From Thermoplasmata archaeon (GTDB lineage: Archaea; Thermoplasmatota; Thermoplasmata; Halarchaeoplasmatales; Halarchaeoplasmataceae): a DNA stretch of 64,000 nucleotides. This document shows, piece after piece, positions 47,701 through 56,811 of this stretch. A program made the translations under genes and the position numbers. The number at the start of each line of letters is the position of its first letter. Position 1 is the stretch's first letter. Where the stretch lies: assembly GCA_046498385.1 (NCBI GenBank), contig JAWOAU010000007.1:27632-91631 (forward strand), written 5' to 3'. The notes under the pieces were generated by a model. The model was given only the letters and a program-made list of their open reading frames with translations, was not told the origin of the DNA and ran no database searches.

Positions 47701-49587
47701 TATGCTCCTTACATTGTCTACGACGAAGATAGGAAACATGAACTTGGATTAAAAACCGATGACCAGGAACACACCTCCGTAAAGGGTTTAACCGTGATCT
47801 ACGAATATCCAGAAAGCATGCTGGACGAGGAAGTCCTTGTAATAATCACGGTTTCCGATGACATCGGGAGCGACTACACAGCTATCTCGGTGACAGTTAG
47901 TTCCAATTTCCCTCCCGAAACGGTAAATAGATTGCCCGACTTAGAGATAAAACAGTGGGAGGTTAAAGAAAATGTGTTCAATCTTGACGATTATTTTGCA
48001 GATCCAGAGGGAGAACCGCTTTACATGAGTTATGGATACACATACCTGAGCATCACCATACACGGAGACCATACGGTGGACGTTCGAGCGGATACGAATT
48101 GGCACGGCGTGGAACGGGTGACCTTCAGGGCCAAAGATCCTATGGGTGCTATAATAGAACAGACTATAAATATCACTATCATACCTGTCAACTTTTCTCC
48201 GGAATTCAAGGAACTACCACGGTTCGTTATATATTATGAAGAGGAGTATACATTTGATCTGAGATATTACATATCAGACAGGGATAACCAAATCCAGGAG
48301 CTAACGATCACTACTTGTAGCCCGGAGTATGTGACAGTGGAAGGAACAACATTGAATATGTGGTACCCAAAAAGGATGAGTGATGACTTATATCAAAACT
48401 ACACCGTGCCCTTGGAGGTGTTCGTATCCGACGGGATCGATACCGTTTCTAGAGTTACAACCGTAACTGTGGGAGAGATATATCCGCCGGAGTTGATGTA
48501 TCCACTTCACGATGTAGCGTTCAGAGAAAATGAAAAACTTATCAACGCATTCAATCTTGACAATCATTTTTGGGATAGGCAGAACGATACCATGTATTAC
48601 TCTTCCGGAAACGAGTACGTTGAAGTGGTCATACATGACAACAGCTCCGTGGATTTTTACGCCCCTCGGAATTGGAACGGCCAGGAGCTGATCACCATCA
48701 GGGCCACAAACTCGGCCGGTGCACTGATGGAAGATTCCCTAACGGTCACGGTGATTCCTGTCAACAACCCACCTATGATCGCGGGTACACCTAGACAGGA
48801 GGGGATGGTGGATCGCAGCTGGATACTTGATATGGGTGAATACATATCCGATGTGGACAATGAGACACATGAACTAACGTTATTTGTTGATGATCCTAAC
48901 GTTCAGGTGGTAAGACACAAATTGATTTTTCATTACCATAGTGCGGGAACGTATTATGTTACTGTGGAGGTAAGCGACGGCATGGATACGAATACCACGG
49001 AGATAGAGGTACTAGTAAGAGATGAAGATAGGCGCTTCTCGCCGATATTGCTTTCTCTTCTATTGATACCGCTCTTTGCGATTTTGTGGGGGGTATTCCA
49101 CTGGTTAAAAAAGAAGGAATTCACCGTTGAAGACATATTTTTGATACATGATTCAGGCGTATTGATAAAGCACCACACCAGAACTTTAAAGGCTAAGAGG
49201 GATGAAGATATACTGGCCGGTATGTTCCTGGCAGTGAATAACTTTGTAGAGGACGCCTTCGGAGGAGAGGAAAAGGACACTTTGAAAAGAATGGAGTATG
49301 GCGACCATATAGTTTTAGTACATAAGGGAAGGCACGTGATCTTAGCAGTGTTCTTATCGGGAGAAGTACCTCCCAGGATATTTGACAGCATGTCAAATCT
49401 GGTGAAGGATATAGAGGAGAGATACAAAGGTAGGATCGAAGAGTGGAGTGGGGACCTAGAGCATCTGCCTGGAGTAGATGAGATGTTGAGTTCGATATTA
49501 GACAGTAAAGGTAAATATGGGCCAGGTGATTGGAAAAAAGAGCATAATATAAAAGATAAAATAAAAAATCAGCATTTTGGTAAATAA
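44794..49587 (+). CDS. large single-pass surface protein: signal/anchor, 8 Ig-like repeats, about 6 cadherin-like repeats, TM helix, cytoplasmic longin/roadblock-like domain
   Basis: Hydrophobic N-terminus, repeated ~100-aa beta units, NxPP/DxD cadherin-like units, TM ILLSLLLIPLFAILWGVF followed by KKK, then EDIFLIHDSGVLIKH...GMFLAVNNFVEDAFG. Confidence 0.8.
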   Translation: MPMPANKLASVLLVLVLLFSISDFFGQAFREDIDRGMLEAAVETPESIEVDYVMITDEIDGDVLKGGYVPPGYKEWGYLSAYNYTHGFVDNYYGNWDASGDATLTLGEYGPHNEINVGETPGDVWFNVTDDDGHHYGVRYTVITDEVDHIRITEFPGGTPLDNRTVTVETQIRGYCSVYNESSGYLYTVEGNWSAEGADSELLENVTNESNVIDVGSTGGLAWFNLSYEGFHHSVRIEVLTPTVDHLNITDTPGGVPLVGGEVQVGYRIWGNASAYNETAGYIGTVDGEWMVEYETGMDPSIGPSLGETSWLNVGHYGGNLTWKVSYYEDENWYNDSVDFYVEPPTLDYINITSGGEEINGGIVPVNYTLDVELSAYNRTSGFIFLVHGNWEVEGGDAHLLNGTTGKENTINAGTLSGKVWLNASYDGLKDQLLFTVDEPKIDYIDFLRDPDDPHSVVGNKSVSVGYEFTIYGVGYNETVGLVDLVSLEWSVDNSEGAEAQVEFVTGTHTVFSAGTSGGISELIGIYTGTVSHSVLVTIEAPDIDRIEITDVPGGAPVEGGNVPVGTMMWGNASAYNGTAGFVETVEAQWTAEYESGMDPTLGPSLAESSWLEVGHHGGNLTWIVVYQKNGDMYIDSVDFVVDPPEVDQIRFIRDPGDPHSVVHNKSVSAGYESNIYGAGYNETVGFYGVVSLRWSVDNFEGAEARIDPEIGDQALFSAGPNGGEARLTGVYEEMLYHSITFNIEPPEIDSIRIRDEPDGGGNELGEITLGPDDDIVMYAAAYNDTYGYQEDVYVSWILDDQAVGRIQEDHGTSTLFTAVSIGVCNVTAQYEELRYTLGVTVIYTHTPVITGKIPDIELEKNFGVYEIDLMEHASDEYDSHLDMRWYLTGVDLSIISIYGENQTGNHVITLLSREKAHGSMQVRYWLVNSAGNKASQSAWINVTYIYNPPRFRRCPDLYVRFDEPYEFNYAPYIVYDEDRKHELGLKTDDQEHTSVKGLTVIYEYPESMLDEEVLVIITVSDDIGSDYTAISVTVSSNFPPETVNRLPDLEIKQWEVKENVFNLDDYFADPEGEPLYMSYGYTYLSITIHGDHTVDVRADTNWHGVERVTFRAKDPMGAIIEQTINITIIPVNFSPEFKELPRFVIYYEEEYTFDLRYYISDRDNQIQELTITTCSPEYVTVEGTTLNMWYPKRMSDDLYQNYTVPLEVFVSDGIDTVSRVTTVTVGEIYPPELMYPLHDVAFRENEKLINAFNLDNHFWDRQNDTMYYSSGNEYVEVVIHDNSSVDFYAPRNWNGQELITIRATNSAGALMEDSLTVTVIPVNNPPMIAGTPRQEGMVDRSWILDMGEYISDVDNETHELTLFVDDPNVQVVRHKLIFHYHSAGTYYVTVEVSDGMDTNTTEIEVLVRDEDRRFSPILLSLLLIPLFAILWGVFHWLKKKEFTVEDIFLIHDSGVLIKHHTRTLKAKRDEDILAGMFLAVNNFVEDAFGGEEKDTLKRMEYGDHIVLVHKGRHVILAVFLSGEVPPRIFDSMSNLVKDIEERYKGRIEEWSGDLEHLPGVDEMLSSILDSKGKYGPGDWKKEHNIKDKIKNQHFGK

Positions 49588-49628
49588 CCAAAACCAATTA
49601 GTACTATCATTTTAGTTATTAATATGCA

Positions 49629-52514
49629 ATGCATTGGAAAAGGGGAGATTTGCCGACGTTCCTTACTTTGGGAACCATCCTAATCGCCATAACGTTCGGT
49701 TCTGTTTTAGCTGATCCCCCGCTAACCACTGTAGTTGAAGAAACAGAAAGTCTTTCCGAAGGACCCTGGCCATCTTTTGGCAACAACAATAGAAACACCC
49801 GCTTAAGTCCATACGACTCGGGTCATGTGGACGGTACGATAGATTGGACATACCACACGGACATGTGGTTGTGGTCATCTCCGGCGATCGGGTCCGAAGG
49901 TGTGACGTACTTTGGTTCTCCGAATAACGATTTATATGCTTTAAATGTAGAGAATGGCTCACTTCGATGGAGCTACTCCGCCCATGGGGATATACTTTCA
50001 TCTCCGGCGATTTCCCTTGACGAAGTTATCTACTTCGGTTCAGGGGACCATAACATCTATGCGTTGAACTCGGACGGAACTTTGAAATGGACCTATCCCA
50101 CGGAGGGAGAGGTATATTCTTCACCCACTGTAGATGAGGATGGAAACGTGTATGTGGGTTCGTATGATGGAAACCTTTATTCGGTTGACCCGGAGGGAAA
50201 CTTGAACTGGAAGTTCAGCTCTGATTCCTGGCTTTGGTCATCTCCTGCCATAGGAGATGATGGTGCGGTATACGTTGGCTCAGGCGACGAAAATCTTTAT
50301 GCCATCGATATGGAAAATGGGACGGAGTTGTGGAATTTTACCACTAACGGACAGATATATTCTTCTCCGGCGGTGGACGAGGACGGTACCATATACTTCG
50401 GATCATACGATGGTAATCTTTATGCCTTGAATCCCGATGGAACTCTGAGATGGAACTACTATACAGGTGCGAGAGTACACCCTTCACCTGCCGTAGGAGC
50501 CGACGGTACCATATATATCGGTTCTCACAACGGTAACTTTTATGCAGTCAAGGATGGAGAAATTCAGTGGATATTCCAGACAGGCGACAGGATCAGTTCA
50601 TCGGCTGCTTTAAGCGGTGATGGATTGATATACTTTGGTTCATATGACGGCAATTTCTACGCACTAGATGTCCAGAGCAACATGAGATGGTCCTACGATA
50701 TGGAAAGCACCGTGTATTCGTCTCCGGCCATAAACAAGGACGGGCGCGTGTTAGCCAGCGATTGGAACGGCAGAGCTTACGCATTCACAGGTTCCGATTA
50801 CAGCCACGAGATAAGCACGTCTGTAAAAATTGCAGGGAAGCCAGGAAACAGTGTAACAGCCATACTTAAACAGAACGATGAAACACTGGACAATATCTCA
50901 TTGTTAAGAACACCGGGAAAACCGAATAGAGCATCAGTTGATTTCAACTACTCCCAGGAACAACAGTACACGCTGACCCTTATCTTCGAGGGGAATGTAG
51001 GGGGCAATCCTGTAAACGTCACCTTTAAGTCCGGATTCGGATTCGCAAGGATTTTCAACAATTTTGTGGCAGTTAAGGGACAGTACCAGGAGGTAGTCTA
51101 TGACCTCAATGAAGAGATCGGAGACATGGTATCGAGATCAAGAGGCCTAACTGATTCCATATCCGGAGACGACGGACACCTCCTGAACCCGAAACTGTCC
51201 ATCGTGATATACGATTCCGAGGCGGAATACGTTGATGTTTATTTTTATGACCTCAGCGATGATTCTGAGATAGGCAACATGAAGAAGGTTGCAAGTGGAG
51301 ACATCGCTACGGTTTCATGGAACGGGTTGAAACCAAACACACGATATGGTTGGTATGCGGTGGCAAGAATTCACGAGAATTTAATGGAATTAGGGTACTG
51401 GAATTTTTCCACCGCTGGAGTGGACCATATCAAGATAACAAAAGAGGCAGGGGGAGCACCGCTCAAGGGAGGATATGTACTCCCCGGGAATGAAGAAAGG
51501 GGTTATCTATCCGCCTATAACAATTCATATGGTTTTCTAGGAACCCTTAAAGGTGATTGGAATGTAGCAGGAGGAAACGCACGGCTCAACCGAGATGGTC
51601 ATTACAGAGATTTCAGCGGGTTACACGCGGGAAACCTGACTGGGAATGTATTTTTCAACGCAACTTACGATTCCTATTCATACAGTGTTAGATACACCGT
51701 TATCCAACCCCTTTCTGAGAGGGTGTCAGGGGTACCCAGAGAAATAAACATACAATACGACAAAGGGGTCCTGGATCTCAGTGAATACATACAGGATACG
51801 GGGAGAAGGCCTGTACAGATAAGGGTAAATGACCCTAACGTGGAGGTTATTGGTTATAAGTTGTTTTTCAATCAAGAGGAGGAAGGAGTTTACAAGGTCA
51901 CCATAGAGCTCGAGGACGAGATAGATTCCACCACCTTAGATATAATGGTATACGTGGGGGCAGATGCTTCAGCTACTCAAGGGTTCCCTGGATTTCCATG
52001 GGTACTTGTCTTGATACCCATAGGATTAGTTGGAGGAGTACTTTATGTTACAAAGTTCAAATATACCATAGAAGATATCTTTTTGATACATGATTCGGGA
52101 GTATTGATAAAGCATACCTCCAACAATTTCAATACTTACAGTAGGGAAGATATCCTTGCAGGTATGTTCATAGCGGTGAACAACTTTATTCGAGACGCCT
52201 TCGGGGGTGAGGAAAAAAACACATTGAAAAAAATGGAGTACGGCGACAAAAGTGTATTGGTCCATAAAGGGGAACACGTGATACTTGCTGTTTTCGTATC
52301 CGGTCGGGTACCATCAAGGCTTTTAAGAGGCATGTCCAATTTGGTTAAGGATATAGAAAGTAGATATGAAAAAGATTTGGAAGAATGGAGCGGTAATATA
52401 GTAGATCTTCCGGGGATAACCGGTATGTTGGAACTCATGCACGGCAACCAGGGTAAATACAATCACGGTAATTGGGAGGGCCATGATGAATTCACGCTCC
52501 TTGGAAAAAAATGA
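49629..52514 (+). CDS. single-pass surface protein with a PQQ/BamB-type beta-propeller, Ig-like domains and a cytoplasmic longin/roadblock-like domain
   Basis: Eight SSPA(I/V)...YxGS.DGNLYA(L)...W repeats; TM WVLVLIPIGLVGGVLYV; C-terminal domain closely similar to that of the upstream gene. Confidence 0.82.
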   Translation: MHWKRGDLPTFLTLGTILIAITFGSVLADPPLTTVVEETESLSEGPWPSFGNNNRNTRLSPYDSGHVDGTIDWTYHTDMWLWSSPAIGSEGVTYFGSPNNDLYALNVENGSLRWSYSAHGDILSSPAISLDEVIYFGSGDHNIYALNSDGTLKWTYPTEGEVYSSPTVDEDGNVYVGSYDGNLYSVDPEGNLNWKFSSDSWLWSSPAIGDDGAVYVGSGDENLYAIDMENGTELWNFTTNGQIYSSPAVDEDGTIYFGSYDGNLYALNPDGTLRWNYYTGARVHPSPAVGADGTIYIGSHNGNFYAVKDGEIQWIFQTGDRISSSAALSGDGLIYFGSYDGNFYALDVQSNMRWSYDMESTVYSSPAINKDGRVLASDWNGRAYAFTGSDYSHEISTSVKIAGKPGNSVTAILKQNDETLDNISLLRTPGKPNRASVDFNYSQEQQYTLTLIFEGNVGGNPVNVTFKSGFGFARIFNNFVAVKGQYQEVVYDLNEEIGDMVSRSRGLTDSISGDDGHLLNPKLSIVIYDSEAEYVDVYFYDLSDDSEIGNMKKVASGDIATVSWNGLKPNTRYGWYAVARIHENLMELGYWNFSTAGVDHIKITKEAGGAPLKGGYVLPGNEERGYLSAYNNSYGFLGTLKGDWNVAGGNARLNRDGHYRDFSGLHAGNLTGNVFFNATYDSYSYSVRYTVIQPLSERVSGVPREINIQYDKGVLDLSEYIQDTGRRPVQIRVNDPNVEVIGYKLFFNQEEEGVYKVTIELEDEIDSTTLDIMVYVGADASATQGFPGFPWVLVLIPIGLVGGVLYVTKFKYTIEDIFLIHDSGVLIKHTSNNFNTYSREDILAGMFIAVNNFIRDAFGGEEKNTLKKMEYGDKSVLVHKGEHVILAVFVSGRVPSRLLRGMSNLVKDIESRYEKDLEEWSGNIVDLPGITGMLELMHGNQGKYNHGNWEGHDEFTLLGKK

Positions 52515-52555
52515 GATGGAAAACATTATTTATCACCCGCTTTATGTAGTAAACA

Positions 52556-52810
52556 ATGCCCATCTATAACTATTTGTGCTGGACCATAATCATTTTTTTA
52601 TTGGTAGCCGGGATAGCATATCTTTTCGGCGCAAATAATCTTGGAGATACTACCGTAGATGTGATGCGCTGGATCATAATTATATTCTTAGTCATCATAC
52701 TGATAATAACGATATTATACCTCTTTGGTCCCCTGCGAGCCGAAGATCTTCGATCTATATCCTACGAAGTATTTCTGTCACACTTTTCCAAAGGTATTTT
52801 GACACCGTAG
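52556..52810 (+). CDS. small two-TM membrane protein (DUF1328-like)
   Basis: WTIIIFLLVAGIAYLFGA and a second hydrophobic helix; the 3' end overlaps a convergent gene. Confidence 0.5.
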   Translation: MPIYNYLCWTIIIFLLVAGIAYLFGANNLGDTTVDVMRWIIIIFLVIILIITILYLFGPLRAEDLRSISYEVFLSHFSKGILTP

Positions 52811-53751
52811 TAGTCACCGTACCAGGATAAGAACCTTTTGATACCCTCTTCAATAGAGACCTTTGGTTCAAAGCCGAGCATGTCTCTCGATTTATCTATA
52901 TCCGCATAAGTTTCCTTAACATCTCCCGGCTGCATGGGAAGCATTTTCTTTTTTGCCTTCCTGCCCAACACGTCCTCCAGCACATCTATGAAGTACATCA
53001 GTTCCACCGGACGATGGCTTCCCAGATTGAATATCTCAAAATCAAAGGGAGTATCTAAAGAGGATATCACTCCGTTTACTATATCGTCTATGTACGTAAA
53101 GTCCCTCCTAAGGTCTCCTCGATTGTAAACGTCGATGGAAACACCCTTTACTATCCTGTCCGTGAACTTGAATAGGGCCATATCCGGCCTTCCCCAGGGT
53201 CCGTAAACAGTAAAAAATCGGAGTCCGGTGGACGGTATTCCATAAAGATGATGGTATGAATGAGCCATAATTTCATTGGCGGCCTTGGTAGCGGCATAAA
53301 AGGAGATGGGAGTTGTTATATCCGCATCGGTACTGTACGGTATATTTTTGTTTCCTCCGTACACGCTAGAAGAAGATGCAAATACAAAATTATTGATATC
53401 CGCTCGTCTAGCGACCTCGAGTATGCTTGTAAAAGCCTCTAGGTTGGAACGTTGATACGTGAAAGGATCTTCTATTGAATGCCTGACCCCGGCCTGGGCC
53501 GCCAGATGACATATTCGGTGTATTCCCTTGTTTCTAACTATGCTTAATAACGTATCGTGTTGGCATACGTCGAGATGATGGAAAGAAAAGCCGGGATAGT
53601 CCTGCAGTACAGATGTCCTATCCCACTTCAATTTTGGAGAATAGTATTCATTCACATTGTCAACGCCAACGATCTCTTCGCCTTCTTCTAAAAGGGATCT
53701 AACGATGTGGAATCCTATGAACCCCGCGCTGCCAGTTACCAGTGTGACCAT
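52762..53751 (-). CDS. NAD-dependent sugar-nucleotide epimerase (UDP-glucuronate 4-epimerase-like)
   Basis: GSAGFIG, HLAAQAGVR, ASSSSVYG, YAATK, RFFTVYGPWGRPDMA and MQPGDV. Confidence 0.9.
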   Translation of the reverse strand: MVTLVTGSAGFIGFHIVRSLLEEGEEIVGVDNVNEYYSPKLKWDRTSVLQDYPGFSFHHLDVCQHDTLLSIVRNKGIHRICHLAAQAGVRHSIEDPFTYQRSNLEAFTSILEVARRADINNFVFASSSSVYGGNKNIPYSTDADITTPISFYAATKAANEIMAHSYHHLYGIPSTGLRFFTVYGPWGRPDMALFKFTDRIVKGVSIDVYNRGDLRRDFTYIDDIVNGVISSLDTPFDFEIFNLGSHRPVELMYFIDVLEDVLGRKAKKKMLPMQPGDVKETYADIDKSRDMLGFEPKVSIEEGIKRFLSWYGDYYGVKIPLEKCDRNTS

Positions 53752-53795
53752 AGTTCCGTAAACTAATCCTTCTTATTTAGGGATATTGGTTAGCC

Positions 53796-54998
53796 TTACA
53801 GCATGTCCTTGAATTCTTCCACTATTTCAGGATATTCTTCTTTGATAGCATTCAGTATGGTACCTACGCTAACTTCTTTCAGGTCTAATTTAGAGAGAGT
53901 GTTCATTAGCTTGGTAAATATATCTCCCGAGATCTGCATGCACTTTTCCCTAGCCATGTAATTCCGCCATAGGATATTTTCCAGCCGATCCCTCCATCTT
54001 TCCTCGTACCTCTGTAAGAATTCATCGTCAGATCTACCTTCCTTGATGCACTCCGCAGCCACTTCTCCGGCTATCTTACCCTGCTTGACACCGTTATCTA
54101 TGCCGCCACCGGTCATGGGATTGACCACCCTTGAGGCGTCGCCTACCAGCATCAAACCGTCGGTGGTTACCTTTTTCGGAGGCGGACCGACAGACACCCC
54201 ACCGGCCACCATATCTATGGGTTCTCCTTTTTTGAACCCCTCGTGAGATTCTATGAACTCGTCCAGATACTCCTTCGGAGTTTTGCTACCATCCAGCAAA
54301 GAAAGCTGAATACCCAACCCGATGTTCGCCATATTTTCTCCCTTGGGAAATACCCAAGCATACCCACCGGGTGCGCATTTTCCAAGATGGAATTGAGAAA
54401 AGTTAGGATCGAAATCAACATTTGTCATCCGGTACTGGAAACATGTCATGATATCTTCCTGTGGAACCGATGACTTGTATATCCCGGCCCACCTCCCAAC
54501 TTGGGATTCAAAACCGTCGGCGCCTATGACGATATCTGCCTTTATCTTGAATTCCTTACCCATATTTCGAGCTACGGCGCCGCATATCTTTCCTTCCTCC
54601 TTGATGAGGGATACCGCAGAGGTCTTCAGCATGAAGTCCGCACCCTCCTTTGCAGCCAGCCTTGCCATCTCCTTGTCGAAAACATCCCTCTCACAGATAA
54701 CTCCAAGTCCGTGGGCATCGTATTCTCCGGCTAATTCCAGCATCCTAGCTCCCGGAAAATAAAGGCGTGCGCCCTTTACCTTGGCCACGGACCATTTTTT
54801 GTGATCTTCTATACCAAATTCTTCAAGCCAGGAAATGGATATACCTTCTCCGCATCGAACCGGTGAACCTATTTCCTGCCGCTTCTCGATCACCAGGGTC
54901 TTTGCACCGTTCATGGACGCATATCTAGCAGCGGTACTGCCCGCTGGCCCGGCGCCGATGACAAGTACGTCGTATTCTAAAACATCTTTTTCAGCCAT
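53796..54998 (-). CDS. digeranylgeranylglycerophospholipid reductase (geranylgeranyl reductase family)
   Basis: GAGPAGS, EIGSPVRCGEG, APGGYAWVFPKG and LVGDA...NPMTGGGI. Confidence 0.9.
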   Translation of the reverse strand: MAEKDVLEYDVLVIGAGPAGSTAARYASMNGAKTLVIEKRQEIGSPVRCGEGISISWLEEFGIEDHKKWSVAKVKGARLYFPGARMLELAGEYDAHGLGVICERDVFDKEMARLAAKEGADFMLKTSAVSLIKEEGKICGAVARNMGKEFKIKADIVIGADGFESQVGRWAGIYKSSVPQEDIMTCFQYRMTNVDFDPNFSQFHLGKCAPGGYAWVFPKGENMANIGLGIQLSLLDGSKTPKEYLDEFIESHEGFKKGEPIDMVAGGVSVGPPPKKVTTDGLMLVGDASRVVNPMTGGGIDNGVKQGKIAGEVAAECIKEGRSDDEFLQRYEERWRDRLENILWRNYMAREKCMQISGDIFTKLMNTLSKLDLKEVSVGTILNAIKEEYPEIVEEFKDML

Positions 54999-55000
54999 AT

Positions 55001-55177
55001 TTAATCCTCCAATAATATCGCACCCACTGGACATGCTTTAACGCAGAGTCCGCATGCGGTGCAGTCTTTATTTATCTCTATTGTGAATTCCTTTAAAAAC
55101 ACGGCATTCATCGGGCAGGTACCGACACAGGCACCGCATCTCATACATATATCTTCATCTATCTTCGGTTTATTCAT
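55001..55177 (-). CDS. 2[4Fe-4S] ferredoxin
   Basis: CMRCGACVGTCP and CTACGLCVKACP. Confidence 0.93.
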   Translation of the reverse strand: MNKPKIDEDICMRCGACVGTCPMNAVFLKEFTIEINKDCTACGLCVKACPVGAILLED

Positions 55178-56750
55178 GCTTATCTCTCCATTCATCTAGG
55201 GGTACAGAGAACTTGGATTCGATCTCCTTTCTATAAGTGGGACCGCCGTTGTAGGCACAGAAGGGAATTATTCTACCGTCCGGTACCGCATAGTGTATAA
55301 CACATCTCTTGACCCGTTCGATATCATAATTGTAATCGTCTTGGAAGTGCATGCCTCCTACGAACATGGTGCGCCATGCAAAGTCTCCTATGGACCTCTT
55401 ATTTCCCTTTTCAAGAACATCGGACATCAATGTTCCTATGGTCACTCCGCCGGGCAGTTCTTTGTCAGTGAGGAACTCTCCAAAGTACTTGTTGAAGTTC
55501 TTAATCAAACTTTTTCTTTTACTCTCCTGACTTTTCAACTTGCCGCCGACCTTGAAAGCGGTCTTATGAAAGAAAGTGTCCCATTCCTCAGCCTTTTCAA
55601 GCATCCTTTTCATCAACCCTTCTACATCCAGGTATTCGGTGATAGGTGTAACCTTTCCATCACCGGCTATGATCAAATAGGTGGCCAACCCGCAGTGAGG
55701 GTGGGAGGTGAACGCTACCTGAGAATCGTTTTTGAGCACGGATATCATCTGGGAGATCGGTGTAACGAATGGTACCGGATAAAAATCATCTCGGGTGACA
55801 CACTTGGTCTGCTTTTCAAGATCTATAGCCAGGTCCGAAAGGGTGTACCTCTGTTTTTCTCTTTCCTCTTGAGAGATCCGGCCTGTGAAGGCCACTGGTT
55901 GATAGTTAACACCTCTTATCACGTCCCGATTCTCCGTTGCGAAATTCAATATATCTCCCACCTGGTCGTCGTTTATGGTCTTAATGATGGTGGGCACGAG
56001 TACCGTAGCCAACGGTTTTGGATTTGTGGTACGGCAGTTTTCGATGGCTTTCATCTTCACGTTCAGCAGTGGTTTCCCCCTTGCCTGTATGTAGTTCTCT
56101 TCCTTCAAACCGTCGAACTGAAGATAGACCGTGTGCAGGCCACTGTCTACGCACTTTTGTGCATAGTTTGGGTTCCCGGCTAACTTTATCCCGTTGGTAG
56201 CTATCTGTACCTGGGCAAAGCCCATATTGGATGCGGCTTTGAGTATTTGAAAAAGCTGGGGGTGCACCGTTGGTTCTCCTCCTGAGAACTGTACCGCCGT
56301 AGTGGGCACGGGTTTTTGATCCCTGAGCATCTTTAACATGCCTACTATCTGATTAAAGGACGGCTCGTATACATAGCCGGCGGCGTTGGCGTTGGCGAAA
56401 CAGATAGGGCACTGCAGGTTACACCTGTTGGTAAGGTCAACGTTTGCCAAGCACGTGTGACTGAGGTGGAGATTACACAGCCCGCAGTTATCTGGACACG
56501 TTTTTGCGTTGGTTATTGCAGGGTCTTCAACGCCTTTACCGTCGAAGGCCCATTGTTCAGCTTTTAAAAACAGATCGACGTCGGACCAGTATACGCTACT
56601 GAACTTACCGTGCTCCGGACACTCTTTGTACATAACTACCTTTCCGCTTTCTTCTATCAATGAAGCGGGTATAACCTTTTTACATTCTGGACACAGGGAT
56701 TCTGTTTTTTTTGGAAGCCCTTTATCCAACAAAGAGTCTTGAATTACCAT
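55170..56750 (-). CDS. tes: tetraether lipid synthase (radical SAM, Tes/GDGT-MAS)
   Basis: N-terminal SLCPEC...KECPEHG, CPDNCGLC, radical SAM TNRCNLQCPICFA, HPHCG and C-terminal RCVIHY...IPFCAYN. Confidence 0.87.
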   Translation of the reverse strand: MVIQDSLLDKGLPKKTESLCPECKKVIPASLIEESGKVVMYKECPEHGKFSSVYWSDVDLFLKAEQWAFDGKGVEDPAITNAKTCPDNCGLCNLHLSHTCLANVDLTNRCNLQCPICFANANAAGYVYEPSFNQIVGMLKMLRDQKPVPTTAVQFSGGEPTVHPQLFQILKAASNMGFAQVQIATNGIKLAGNPNYAQKCVDSGLHTVYLQFDGLKEENYIQARGKPLLNVKMKAIENCRTTNPKPLATVLVPTIIKTINDDQVGDILNFATENRDVIRGVNYQPVAFTGRISQEEREKQRYTLSDLAIDLEKQTKCVTRDDFYPVPFVTPISQMISVLKNDSQVAFTSHPHCGLATYLIIAGDGKVTPITEYLDVEGLMKRMLEKAEEWDTFFHKTAFKVGGKLKSQESKRKSLIKNFNKYFGEFLTDKELPGGVTIGTLMSDVLEKGNKRSIGDFAWRTMFVGGMHFQDDYNYDIERVKRCVIHYAVPDGRIIPFCAYNGGPTYRKEIESKFSVPLDEWRDKHE

Positions 56751-56811
56751 GATTATCGCTCAAAACAAAAAGAACAAAGACTTAAATATTTTGTAGCGCA
56801 TTGGACTACAA

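Noticed and set aside
55293-56183. 296-aa antisense ORF and the other long shadow ORFs in the track
   Set aside because: They lie antisense to or out of frame within well-supported genes and show no recognisable motifs.
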